Below are positions 56,190-64,000 of a DNA stretch of 64,000 nucleotides, piece after piece. The notes under the pieces are model-generated. The model was given only the letters and a program-made list of their open reading frames with translations. It ran no database searches and was not told the DNA's origin. Numbering within the stretch: the first letter of the stretch is position 1; every line of letters starts with the position of its first letter. Source of the stretch: Candidatus Hecatella orcuttiae (lineage in GTDB: Archaea > Thermoproteota > Bathyarchaeia > Hecatellales > Hecatellaceae). A program made the translations under genes and the position numbers. The stretch lies in assembly GCA_002011035.2 (NCBI GenBank), contig MTLY02000003.1, forward strand, positions 96,001 to 160,000. Reading direction: 5' to 3'.

Positions 56190-57397
56190 GATCCTATTGG
56201 TGGATGCTCAGCCTTGAAAATCTTATCCAAAACCCTGCGGAGCCTCTGAGAAGCCTCAGAAAAGGTAGAGCCGTGGGCGACTAAGTATCCCTCTCTGGCC
56301 TCCGGCTGCCAGCGGGGCGGGAGGAAAAACTCCGCGCTTCCTCTGACCCTAGTTTGAGGCAGTTGAACCTTCTTGTAGACAGCGCTGCCCTTGGAGAAGA
56401 TTTTCTCGGGAAGCCTTCCATGGAAGGCTGAGCCTAGAAGGAGGGCGGCTGGGTTTTCCTCTAGGATTTTCCTCACCCCTAGGTAGGATGCAGTCAGCCG
56501 AAGGTTGATGTCCACCACCACCGGCCCGTGGGGAGTTAAGACCAAGTCAACTCCCACATAACCCCGCAGAGGCGCTAGGGCCCTTGCAGCCTTCACAGCC
56601 TCCTTTAAAGCAGCCTCTTTCAAGGGTGGAGCGTAAGGGGTGAAGCCGCCTAGGTAGTGGGAAGCTGAAGATGGTCTTCCCAAGGTTATCCACTGCTTGT
56701 TGAGGCTGAGGGGTTTCAGGTCCTTTCCGCTACAGAGGAGACTAACGCTGGCTGAGGCGCCCTTGAGGTATTCCTGAACTAGGAGCAGAGAGGCATGGGC
56801 CTCCTTTACCGTTTTCTCCAAGGCTGAAGCCACGTCTTCCTTCCGGTGAATTAGGCTGAGTCCGGTGCACCCTGCTTCTTGGTCAGGTTTGACTACGGCT
56901 GGGAAACCCACAGCCTCCACTGCTTTCTCTAAGCCTTTGCAGCCGTCTTGAACCTTCGCCTTCACGGTTTTGGGAACTTTCACTCCCGCTTTTCTCAAAA
57001 CCTCGTATACGGCCGACTTCCTCTGAAATTTTTTAACCGTTCCCGAAGGGCAGTTGAGGGACTGGCAGCCCCCTTCCTCCATCGTTTCCACAGCTTCACC
57101 TAAGGCGTTTCGAGTTTCAGGAGCTATGACCAAGGCGGCGTCAGCGGCAGCTGAAAGCTTTCGGACGGCAAAGTTTAACTCTTGGGGCGACTGGATGAAA
57201 ACCGCTTCGTCGACGCGGAGGAGGGAACGGGCGGTTTTCAGCCTCCGGTCTAGGGTAACGGCTACTTGGCAGCCTAAACTTTTGAGGTCGGATATGAAAG
57301 CTTTGAACATTCCATAGCCGTCGCAGAGAATCTCCGATGGTATGACTTCCCCGGCAAACCCTCCCCCGGCTGCGTATTCGAACACAAAAACCTTCAC
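56186..57397 (-). CDS. mfnD: Tyramine-L-glutamate ligase (ATP-grasp)
   Basis: FVFEYAAGGG, IAPE, VVKP, LSLNKQ, GYVGVD; clustered with mfnBEF. Confidence 0.85.
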   Translation of the reverse strand: MKVFVFEYAAGGGFAGEVIPSEILCDGYGMFKAFISDLKSLGCQVAVTLDRRLKTARSLLRVDEAVFIQSPQELNFAVRKLSAAADAALVIAPETRNALGEAVETMEEGGCQSLNCPSGTVKKFQRKSAVYEVLRKAGVKVPKTVKAKVQDGCKGLEKAVEAVGFPAVVKPDQEAGCTGLSLIHRKEDVASALEKTVKEAHASLLLVQEYLKGASASVSLLCSGKDLKPLSLNKQWITLGRPSSASHYLGGFTPYAPPLKEAALKEAVKAARALAPLRGYVGVDLVLTPHGPVVVDINLRLTASYLGVRKILEENPAALLLGSAFHGRLPEKIFSKGSAVYKKVQLPQTRVRGSAEFFLPPRWQPEAREGYLVAHGSTFSEASQRLRRVLDKIFKAEHPPIGS

Positions 57398-57560
57398 GGC
57401 TTATGATGCCCCAAGTTGACGTTTGCGGCCTCTGGAATGTTTAGGAAATCTTGGAGTTTAACCTTTTATTTTTTAACCCGCCTCCTGAGAGTCTTTCTTA
57501 CACTGGGAATTTCTAGGGTAAAAGTCATATGAAACAGTATAGACTTTATTTAGATGAGCA

Positions 57561-58445
57561 ATGTTGCTTGACTTCGAAAAAGGCGAAAGAGTTGCGAAAA
57601 CGTCCGTCGGCATATTCGCCGTTATCGGAACGGTGGAACTGATTTTCGGGATCCAGTCGGGCAGCATTGCTTTAACAGCGGACAGCGCCCACACCTTCAC
57701 CGATGCGCTTGTTTCCGCCATCACCTTTTTCGGGCTCAGAACCTCCCGACGCCCACCCGGAGGGAGATTTCATTTCGGCTACCATAAGGTTGAGACGTTT
57801 TCCGCCGTGCTATCCGCCCTGATAATGGTTGCTGTAGGTGTGCTTATCGTCTATAGGTCCTTTCTAGAGCTGAGGGCTCCTGAGCCTCTGACTGCTCATT
57901 TCCCTGCCATGGCCACGGCGTTGGGAGCCTCAACGGTTTTCCTTTTGCTCGGCCTCAACAAGAGGAAGACAGCGAAGAGGATTAACTCTAAATCTCTGAG
58001 CTTCGACGCCTTCAACACCTTGAAGAGCTCCGCAGCCTCGTTCTCAGCTTTCCTAGGCATCAGTCTCTCCTACCTGGGTTTTTTCCGGATAGACGCCGTC
58101 GCCGGCCTTGTCATCGGCGGTTTCATTTTTGCCGTCGCTTATATTACGATAAAAGAATCCTCTCTCATTCTGCTGGATGCATGTGCGTGCAGCGTCGACA
58201 CCTTGGAAACGGCTAGGAGACTGGTGGAAAGCGTGGAAGGCGTTAAGAAAGCTGAGGACATCCGGCTGAGAAGCGCAGGTCCCTTCATCATGGGTGATGT
58301 GGTGATAAAAGTTGACGGGAAAACAACCGTCCAAGAGCTTGAGGACATCAACGCCAAAATCGAGGATTCGGTCAGAAGCTATATTCCAAACCTTCTAAAG
58401 CTGATAATTCAACCCAAACCCTATGAGGAGGATGGACAGTCCTAA
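57561..58445 (+). CDS. Cation diffusion facilitator family transporter
   Basis: SGSIALTADSAHTFTD, FHFGYHKVE, C-terminal dimerisation domain. Confidence 0.92.
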   Translation: MLLDFEKGERVAKTSVGIFAVIGTVELIFGIQSGSIALTADSAHTFTDALVSAITFFGLRTSRRPPGGRFHFGYHKVETFSAVLSALIMVAVGVLIVYRSFLELRAPEPLTAHFPAMATALGASTVFLLLGLNKRKTAKRINSKSLSFDAFNTLKSSAASFSAFLGISLSYLGFFRIDAVAGLVIGGFIFAVAYITIKESSLILLDACACSVDTLETARRLVESVEGVKKAEDIRLRSAGPFIMGDVVIKVDGKTTVQELEDINAKIEDSVRSYIPNLLKLIIQPKPYEEDGQS

Positions 58446-58531
58446 GCACGAATGTACAAAACCGCCGGCATTCAGCCTTCAGGTGGAAAGGCTTAGATAT
58501 GGTTGCACTCCCCTCTAATGGGGGATGAATT

Positions 58532-58789
58532 TTGAGTCAGCCGCCAGTGAGCGAAGGAGAAGACTTGGACTTTGAAACCGTGAAAGAAGACTGGAACGAG
58601 TACAAGCTCAGCGACGGCTCAACCCTCAAGGTAAAGACCGTCCTCATAGGCGTTCGCCGGCTTAAAAACCAGTACACCCCCACCGGAGACCCTGTCTACG
58701 TTATCACCTCCCACAACGTGGTTCGGTCCCTCCACGTGCCTGAGAAACTTAAAAGAAGGCCAGCCCCGCCGGCTGGAACCACCATATGA
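58532..58789 (+). CDS. Small hypothetical protein
   Basis: DFETVKEDWNEYKLSDGSTLKVK...GDPVY; own SD-like and TATA-like signals. Confidence 0.75.
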   Translation: MSQPPVSEGEDLDFETVKEDWNEYKLSDGSTLKVKTVLIGVRRLKNQYTPTGDPVYVITSHNVVRSLHVPEKLKRRPAPPAGTTI

Positions 58790-58857
58790 GGGCTTGAGGA
58801 AACAACTTATAGCGGGAGAGCTCTAAGAGTTTATTGGCCTATTGATGGGAGTTAAAG

Positions 58858-60666
58858 ATGGTTGAAAGAATTTTTCCTGACACCTCCGTCATCGTAGACG
58901 GAAAGATAGTTCGCATGTTGGAGCGAGGAGAACTCAAGGCTGAAGAAGTGGTCGTTCCCTTGGTGGTGGTGGAAGAGCTTCAGGCTCAAGCCTCCAAAGG
59001 TCGGGACTCAGGCTTCATAGGGTTAAGAGAGCTGAAAAGGCTCAGAGCCGTGGGGGAGACTCGAGGCATTAAAGTTTCCTTCTCTGGCACTAGGCCTAGC
59101 TTAGACGACATCAAGCTGGCTAGAAGCGGTAGAATCGACGCCCTCATCATGGACATGGCCTTAAAGGAGGGGGGAACCCTCGTCACCGCGGACTATGTTC
59201 AAGCCTTAACCGCCGAAGCCAACGGCGCCAAGGTGGTCTACATTCCTCCCGAAGGCCGGCCGCCTAAGCTGAAGTTTGAAAAATACTTCACCCCCGATAC
59301 CATGAGTGTTCACTTGAAAGCGGGAGCCGCGCCCATGGCCAAGCGGGGCAAACCCGGCGCCTCCAAACTGGTGAAGTTGAGAGAGAGGCCTCTCACCGAG
59401 GAGGAGATGGAGAACACCATCAGGGAGATCCACGAAGTCAGCAGGCTCAGAGGGAAGGGTCTTTTCGAAATATCCATGAATAATGCCACCGTCATTCAGC
59501 TGGGAGACTACCGTATAGCCGTGGCTAGGCCTCCCTTCTCAGACGGCTTAGAAGTAACCATCGTCCGGCCTGTGGTGAAGCTGAGGCTGGATGACTACGG
59601 CTTATCTCCGAAACTCTTAGAAAGACTTCGGGACAAGGCAGAGGGTATCCTCATAGCTGGGCCTCCGGGCTCCGGGAAAACCACCTTCGCCTCTTCTCTA
59701 GCCCAGTTCTACATGGCTCAAGATAAGATCGTGAAAACACTGGAGGCCCCTAGAGACCTGCAGGTGGGGCCTGAAATCACCCAGTATGCTCCCTTGGAGG
59801 GGAGCTTCGAGAAAACAGCGGACATTCTCCTCCTCGTCCGCCCTGACTACACTGTTTTCGACGAGATCAGAAAAACTCAGGACTTTAAGACCTTCGCCGA
59901 CATGAGGCTGGCTGGAGTGGGCATGATAGGGGTAACCCATGCCAGCAGCCCCATCGACGCCATCCAGAGGTTCATAGGGCGGACGGAGTTGGGAATGATC
60001 CCCCACATCGTCGACACGCTGATTTTCCTCCGATACGGAACGGTGGAAAAAGTTTACGAGCTGAGTTTAACGGTCAAAGTCCCCACGGGGATGACGGATG
60101 AAGCCCTAACAAGGCCTGTCATAGAAATCAGAGACTTTGAAAGCGGCCGCTTGGAGTATGAAGTCTACACTTTTGGGGAGGAGAACATCATCGTCCCCGT
60201 CGCCCCCACCGAAGCCGCCAAGGTTCCCCCAGCCCGAAGGCTGGCTGAAACCCGGATTTTGGAGGAAATCCGCAGGCTCGCCCCCAAGGCTGAGGTGGAA
60301 CTGGTCTCCTCAGACCGGGCTGTGATCCGAGCGGACAGCCGAAGCATCCCCATGCTCATAGGCAGGGAGGGCGCCAACATCTCCAAGCTGGAGAAGAAGC
60401 TGGGAATCCGTCTGGATGTAAGGCCTCTCCGCGGCGAAGAGGGAAAACCCGTCAAATTCTCTTTAGAGGAAACCAAAAGCAGCATCGACCTGCTTTTCGA
60501 CCCTGAAATAGTAGGAAGCCAAGCCCGTGTTTATGTGGACGGAAAATTTCTTTTCGCAGCGACGGTGGGTAAAAAAGCTAGGATACGGGTCTCGAAACGA
60601 AGCCCTATGGGATGGGAGCTCGGGGAAGCTATCACAGAAGACCGGGAGATCACCGTAACAGTATAA
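58858..60666 (+). CDS. PIN-domain ATPase PINA (PIN plus ATPase plus KH)
   Basis: PDTSVIVD PIN motif, Walker A GPPGSGKT, Walker B VFDEIR, KH motif IGREG. Confidence 0.93.
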   Translation: MVERIFPDTSVIVDGKIVRMLERGELKAEEVVVPLVVVEELQAQASKGRDSGFIGLRELKRLRAVGETRGIKVSFSGTRPSLDDIKLARSGRIDALIMDMALKEGGTLVTADYVQALTAEANGAKVVYIPPEGRPPKLKFEKYFTPDTMSVHLKAGAAPMAKRGKPGASKLVKLRERPLTEEEMENTIREIHEVSRLRGKGLFEISMNNATVIQLGDYRIAVARPPFSDGLEVTIVRPVVKLRLDDYGLSPKLLERLRDKAEGILIAGPPGSGKTTFASSLAQFYMAQDKIVKTLEAPRDLQVGPEITQYAPLEGSFEKTADILLLVRPDYTVFDEIRKTQDFKTFADMRLAGVGMIGVTHASSPIDAIQRFIGRTELGMIPHIVDTLIFLRYGTVEKVYELSLTVKVPTGMTDEALTRPVIEIRDFESGRLEYEVYTFGEENIIVPVAPTEAAKVPPARRLAETRILEEIRRLAPKAEVELVSSDRAVIRADSRSIPMLIGREGANISKLEKKLGIRLDVRPLRGEEGKPVKFSLEETKSSIDLLFDPEIVGSQARVYVDGKFLFAATVGKKARIRVSKRSPMGWELGEAITEDREITVTV

Positions 60667-60719
60667 GCTGACCCGAAAAAGATTAGGCCGTATATGGCAT
60701 GGGTTTTCTGGGCGTGGGG

Positions 60720-62027
60720 TTATGAACTTCGGCAGCGTTTAATTTGCTGTCCTGTTTTTTTAAACTGGACAAAAAACTTTATGATGAACTCTTTGAGGTT
60801 TAAGGGGTCATCCACATAGGTGATGGTGGAGGTTCCGTTTAGCCTCGCCATTTTTTCGCAGAAACGTCTCAGCTCCGGCCGCCGGTCCAGTATGATGATG
60901 TTAAGCCTGATGTCGGCTTTCCCGGCCATGTAGGCAGCCCTCAAGGCGCTTTCTTCAGGTGTTTCATCCCCATGGCAGGCTGCAGTGGGTTCCCCGTCTG
61001 TTATCAGGAAAATGTTCTTGTTGCCTTCTTCCCGGGAGAGAAGCTCTGTGGCGAAGTCGATAACCTGTCCTATGTCAGTGTATCCATAAGGCCTCAGCTT
61101 AACGATCTGCCCGTAGGACAAGAGTTGAGGCCTCTGGTTGTAGGCTACTACATGGAGTTTATCTTCCTTGTAGTCCCTCTGAAGTATCTCTCTGAAAGCC
61201 AAGGCTGCCGCTATGCCTCCTCTAAACTTATTCCCTCGCATGGAGTAGGACACGTCGACCAAAAGGGCGTTGGTTGACTTGGCTTCGTGGAGGGGAACCC
61301 TGATTTTCAAGTCATCCTCCGCGATCCTCATGTTCACAGGGTCTCTTACTGCCGTGCGGATAAGGGTCTCCTGAATGTCCAACATATCGTAAGAGTGCTG
61401 GAATTCGTCGAATTCCCGGAGAGTGGAGGAGGGCATACTACCCCAACCGGTTTCCTCAATCTCATGGGGGCCCTTATCTTGATGTTTTTTCAGGTTTAAG
61501 AAAACTTCCTCCAACACTTTCTCAGCTATGATTTTCTCACTTTTCTCCGTAAACTCCGGATACAAGGCTAAAACGTTCTGGTAAGGCCAATCCTTCGGCG
61601 GCTTCAGCTCAATCCAACCTTCCTTGTTGAGGGCTTCCAGTATCTGGTTGAGGAAATGCTGGATCAGCTGTTCGGCTTGAAGATCTGAAGGCTGAATTTC
61701 ACCTTTTTTGATTTTCTCCAGAAGCTGCTGCCAAGCTTTCTCTTTGGCTTTACGCTGCAGCACGTATTCTTTCAGCCATCGGCTGTCGTGGCTTCTCATC
61801 CAATGCCAAAGTTGGCTTTCCGCCTCCGCGCCGAGGCTTTCCTCCATACACTGGTTCTTGCATTGCCGAATGAGCTCTTCCAGCAGTTGAGATTCAGATT
61901 TTTTTTCACGTGATTGCGCATCAGGATTAAAAAGCTTGTAAAGAAGGTCCCCTGTCATCTCTTTTCCTAGAATGGAGGAAAGCTCTTGCTCCTCAGGCTT
62001 TCTGCACAGTTCACATTCAGGCTTCAT
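60720..62027 (-). CDS. von Willebrand factor A domain protein
   Basis: MIDAS DVSYS, YTD, LITDGEPT; ATG start overlaps the AAA gene end. Confidence 0.88.
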   Translation of the reverse strand: MKPECELCRKPEEQELSSILGKEMTGDLLYKLFNPDAQSREKKSESQLLEELIRQCKNQCMEESLGAEAESQLWHWMRSHDSRWLKEYVLQRKAKEKAWQQLLEKIKKGEIQPSDLQAEQLIQHFLNQILEALNKEGWIELKPPKDWPYQNVLALYPEFTEKSEKIIAEKVLEEVFLNLKKHQDKGPHEIEETGWGSMPSSTLREFDEFQHSYDMLDIQETLIRTAVRDPVNMRIAEDDLKIRVPLHEAKSTNALLVDVSYSMRGNKFRGGIAAALAFREILQRDYKEDKLHVVAYNQRPQLLSYGQIVKLRPYGYTDIGQVIDFATELLSREEGNKNIFLITDGEPTAACHGDETPEESALRAAYMAGKADIRLNIIILDRRPELRRFCEKMARLNGTSTITYVDDPLNLKEFIIKFFVQFKKTGQQIKRCRSS

Positions 62028-63483
62028 TTTCCACCAGCTCTCCCAAATAGTAGGTGAAGTCCTTTTTGTCCACCAACCTAGGAGCACAGTGAAGCATGGA
62101 TTCTAGGATGATCTCCACGGTTGAAAGATAATAATCGTCTTCCAGCGCATCGTCGCGGGAAATAGCCCTTACGTACTGGTTGATTACTCTATACTTTCTC
62201 AGCTTGGGGACAAGCTCCATTCGAACGGATAAAGCCTGTCTCCCATCCGAGGGTGTGCCGCAGGCTCTCAGAGCATCGTAGAATTCTCGAAACTTTTCAG
62301 AGGAAAGCTGATTGTAGATTTCTTTGCAGGTTTGCTTCAAAGCCTCCTCCAGCAGCTTGTCCACGATCTCCTCCTTCTTGTCCACAAACCCAAATTCCAC
62401 TTCCATCCTGCCTACGAGGGCAAGTTTGACTATTTCGTTGAATTCCCCGTAGTCGGAGAGGAGAGGCGTCCTCCGGCCGCTTCTCAGAGCTTTAGATAGA
62501 ACGTGGTCAAATAGTTTTATGGTAGCTCTGCAGGAAGGCTCCGATTCTATCCTCCGAGCGTCGGCAAACCGCTCCTTGTCGCGGGCGTACCTAACCGTTC
62601 TCGCCAATATCTCCTGATGCCAAGGAGGTATCTTGGGGGTCTCTCCGGATCGCGTGGCGTAAAACGTGTTCCTCAAACCTATTTCTATTTCCTCCTCCAA
62701 AGTCTCAGGAGGCCCTATTTCTATTTCCTCCATCCTGTCTAGGAGAGGCTCTTTGATGGGTGAGGTTCCCCGGTAGTTGGCGGGATTGGTGGAAGCTAAC
62801 TCCAGGGTATCGATCTTGAAGGGGACAATATCCCCCTCCATGGTGGTCACCTGATGTTCTTCAAAGAACTCGTGGAGCAGAGTCTGCAGGGATGAGGGCA
62901 CTGCCCCCAATTCGTCGAAGTATCCAACCCCCCGATTGGCTTTGAGGGCCCTTCCGGGAATGAAGACTTCAGGATGGTCCAGCTCATAGCCTTCCCTAAT
63001 CTTCTGAATGGATATGCCGCCTATGAGCTGCCTGCTGGTGAGCATAGGGTCCCCGGGAATCCTGACCCATATCCGCGGAATCCAAGTGAGCTCTACCCTG
63101 TTGCTTTCCAGAAGCCTCTTTCTGCAGGAGAAACAGGAAGGCCGAGTGGGGTCGTCGTGGATTTTACATCCCTTCACCGCCAAGAGTTTGGTGGGAAGCA
63201 GCTGCGCTATAGCCTTGGAGAAAGTTGTCTTACCGTAGCCTTTTCTTCCCTTGAAGAGGATGGGGGAATTGGAGAGGAGGGCGTTTTTCACCAGCTCTTT
63301 TTCCTTTCTCTTTCCAACTACGCTTGGGAAGATGTCCACTCCAGCCTTTTCACTTTCCAAGATTTTCTCTATTATGTAGTCGATGGTGTGTTTTGAGTGG
63401 TACTCCTTGTAGGGGGGACTCCAGATGTCGATTTCTTCCCCGTAGAGGGTGAAGACTGGAGCGTTACTCTCCTTTACCACCAC
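62017..63483 (-). CDS. AAA+ ATPase, ChlI/MoxR-like
   Basis: Walker A GRKGYGKT, ANRG, Walker B YFDEL, STNP, PLLDRM. Confidence 0.88.
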   Translation of the reverse strand: MVVKESNAPVFTLYGEEIDIWSPPYKEYHSKHTIDYIIEKILESEKAGVDIFPSVVGKRKEKELVKNALLSNSPILFKGRKGYGKTTFSKAIAQLLPTKLLAVKGCKIHDDPTRPSCFSCRKRLLESNRVELTWIPRIWVRIPGDPMLTSRQLIGGISIQKIREGYELDHPEVFIPGRALKANRGVGYFDELGAVPSSLQTLLHEFFEEHQVTTMEGDIVPFKIDTLELASTNPANYRGTSPIKEPLLDRMEEIEIGPPETLEEEIEIGLRNTFYATRSGETPKIPPWHQEILARTVRYARDKERFADARRIESEPSCRATIKLFDHVLSKALRSGRRTPLLSDYGEFNEIVKLALVGRMEVEFGFVDKKEEIVDKLLEEALKQTCKEIYNQLSSEKFREFYDALRACGTPSDGRQALSVRMELVPKLRKYRVINQYVRAISRDDALEDDYYLSTVEIILESMLHCAPRLVDKKDFTYYLGELVENEA

Positions 63484-63646
63484 TTCCTCGAAGATGAGGC
63501 GGTCTATTTCGCCTGTTCCGAGTTTGGAGGGATTCGGCGTTTTTCCACAACTCCCTAGATATCTGGGATGAGAGTTATCACAATATAGATTTACTTACTT
63601 ATTTATTTCACGTTTTACAAACAAATAACAGCCCAGAGAGGGGCCT

Positions 63647-64000
63647 TCAGCCGCTTTCCCTCTGGGAGCTCTCAGCCGCTTTCCCCACCGCCTTGGCCAC
63701 CTTAACCATGCTGGGCCGGAGGAGTTTACCGTGGAGGAGGTAGCCTTTCCGGAGGACCTCTACCACGGTGTTATCTTCAGCCGAATCGGTTTGAACTTGC
63801 TCCACCGCCTCGTGGACGGCTGGATTGAAAGTTTTTCCCAAGGCATCGATTTCCGTTACGCCTCGATCTTTCAGGGTTTCCTTTAAATCCCTTAAGGTCA
63901 TCCGGATTCCTTCAGCCAGTGGCCCTTCTCCCGCAGAGGGCCCGGTGTATTGAGCTGCTCTCTCTAGGTTGTCCACGATTTCCAGAAGCTTCACCATGAG
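63647..64000 (-). CDS. grpE: GrpE nucleotide exchange factor (5' end outside the window)
   Basis: LLEIVDNLERA, FNPAVHEAV, KGYLLHGKLLRPSMVKV. Confidence 0.95.
   Translation of the reverse strand, partial: LMVKLLEIVDNLERAAQYTGPSAGEGPLAEGIRMTLRDLKETLKDRGVTEIDALGKTFNPAVHEAVEQVQTDSAEDNTVVEVLRKGYLLHGKLLRPSMVKVAKAVGKAAESSQRESG

Noticed and set aside
53702-57397. Evidence for methanogenesis
   Set aside because: Methanofuran is also used by non-methanogens, and no mcr or mtr genes are in the window.
63484-63600. Open frame upstream of the AAA+ GTG start (…GEIDRLIFEE)
   Set aside because: It could be a non-canonical extension, but I have no homolog or SD evidence to support it.

Overview
Gene-dense archaeal chromosome segment. 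The gene set (GatDE, Elp3, short XPF, PAC2 pair, Pcc1/Brix/prefoldin, methanofuran genes, UPF0182) and frequent TTG/GTG starts suggest the TACK group, most likely Bathyarchaeia (inference). It is mostly housekeeping: Rqc2, glyA, elp3, gatDE, glmS, EF-2, hxlB, an ECF transporter, the tail of the exosome superoperon, a geranylgeranyl reductase, mfnBEFD, PINA, an AAA+/vWA pair and a partial grpE. The strongest candidate for an undescribed system is a DNA-processing locus at 18.4-27.1 kb. A PD-(D/E)XK-like ORF lies divergent, across a perfect 16-bp palindrome, from an operon of two paralogous winged-helix proteins, NurA and a motif-variant HerA. That operon is separated from mre11-rad50 by an AT-rich islet holding two divergent paralogous membrane proteins and an antitoxin with an internally deleted RelE toxin. 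Other candidates: a QueG/RdhA-like cobamide-FeS protein coupled to a small partner; an EF-2 with HTG instead of the HRG diphthamide motif; an A/V-ATPase cluster with only I, C and K, an elongated subunit I and an extra small membrane protein; and two probable non-canonical (ATT/GTT) start codons. No tRNA, rRNA, CRISPR array, integrase or transposase was recognised. All calls come from motif recognition by eye, with no database searches.
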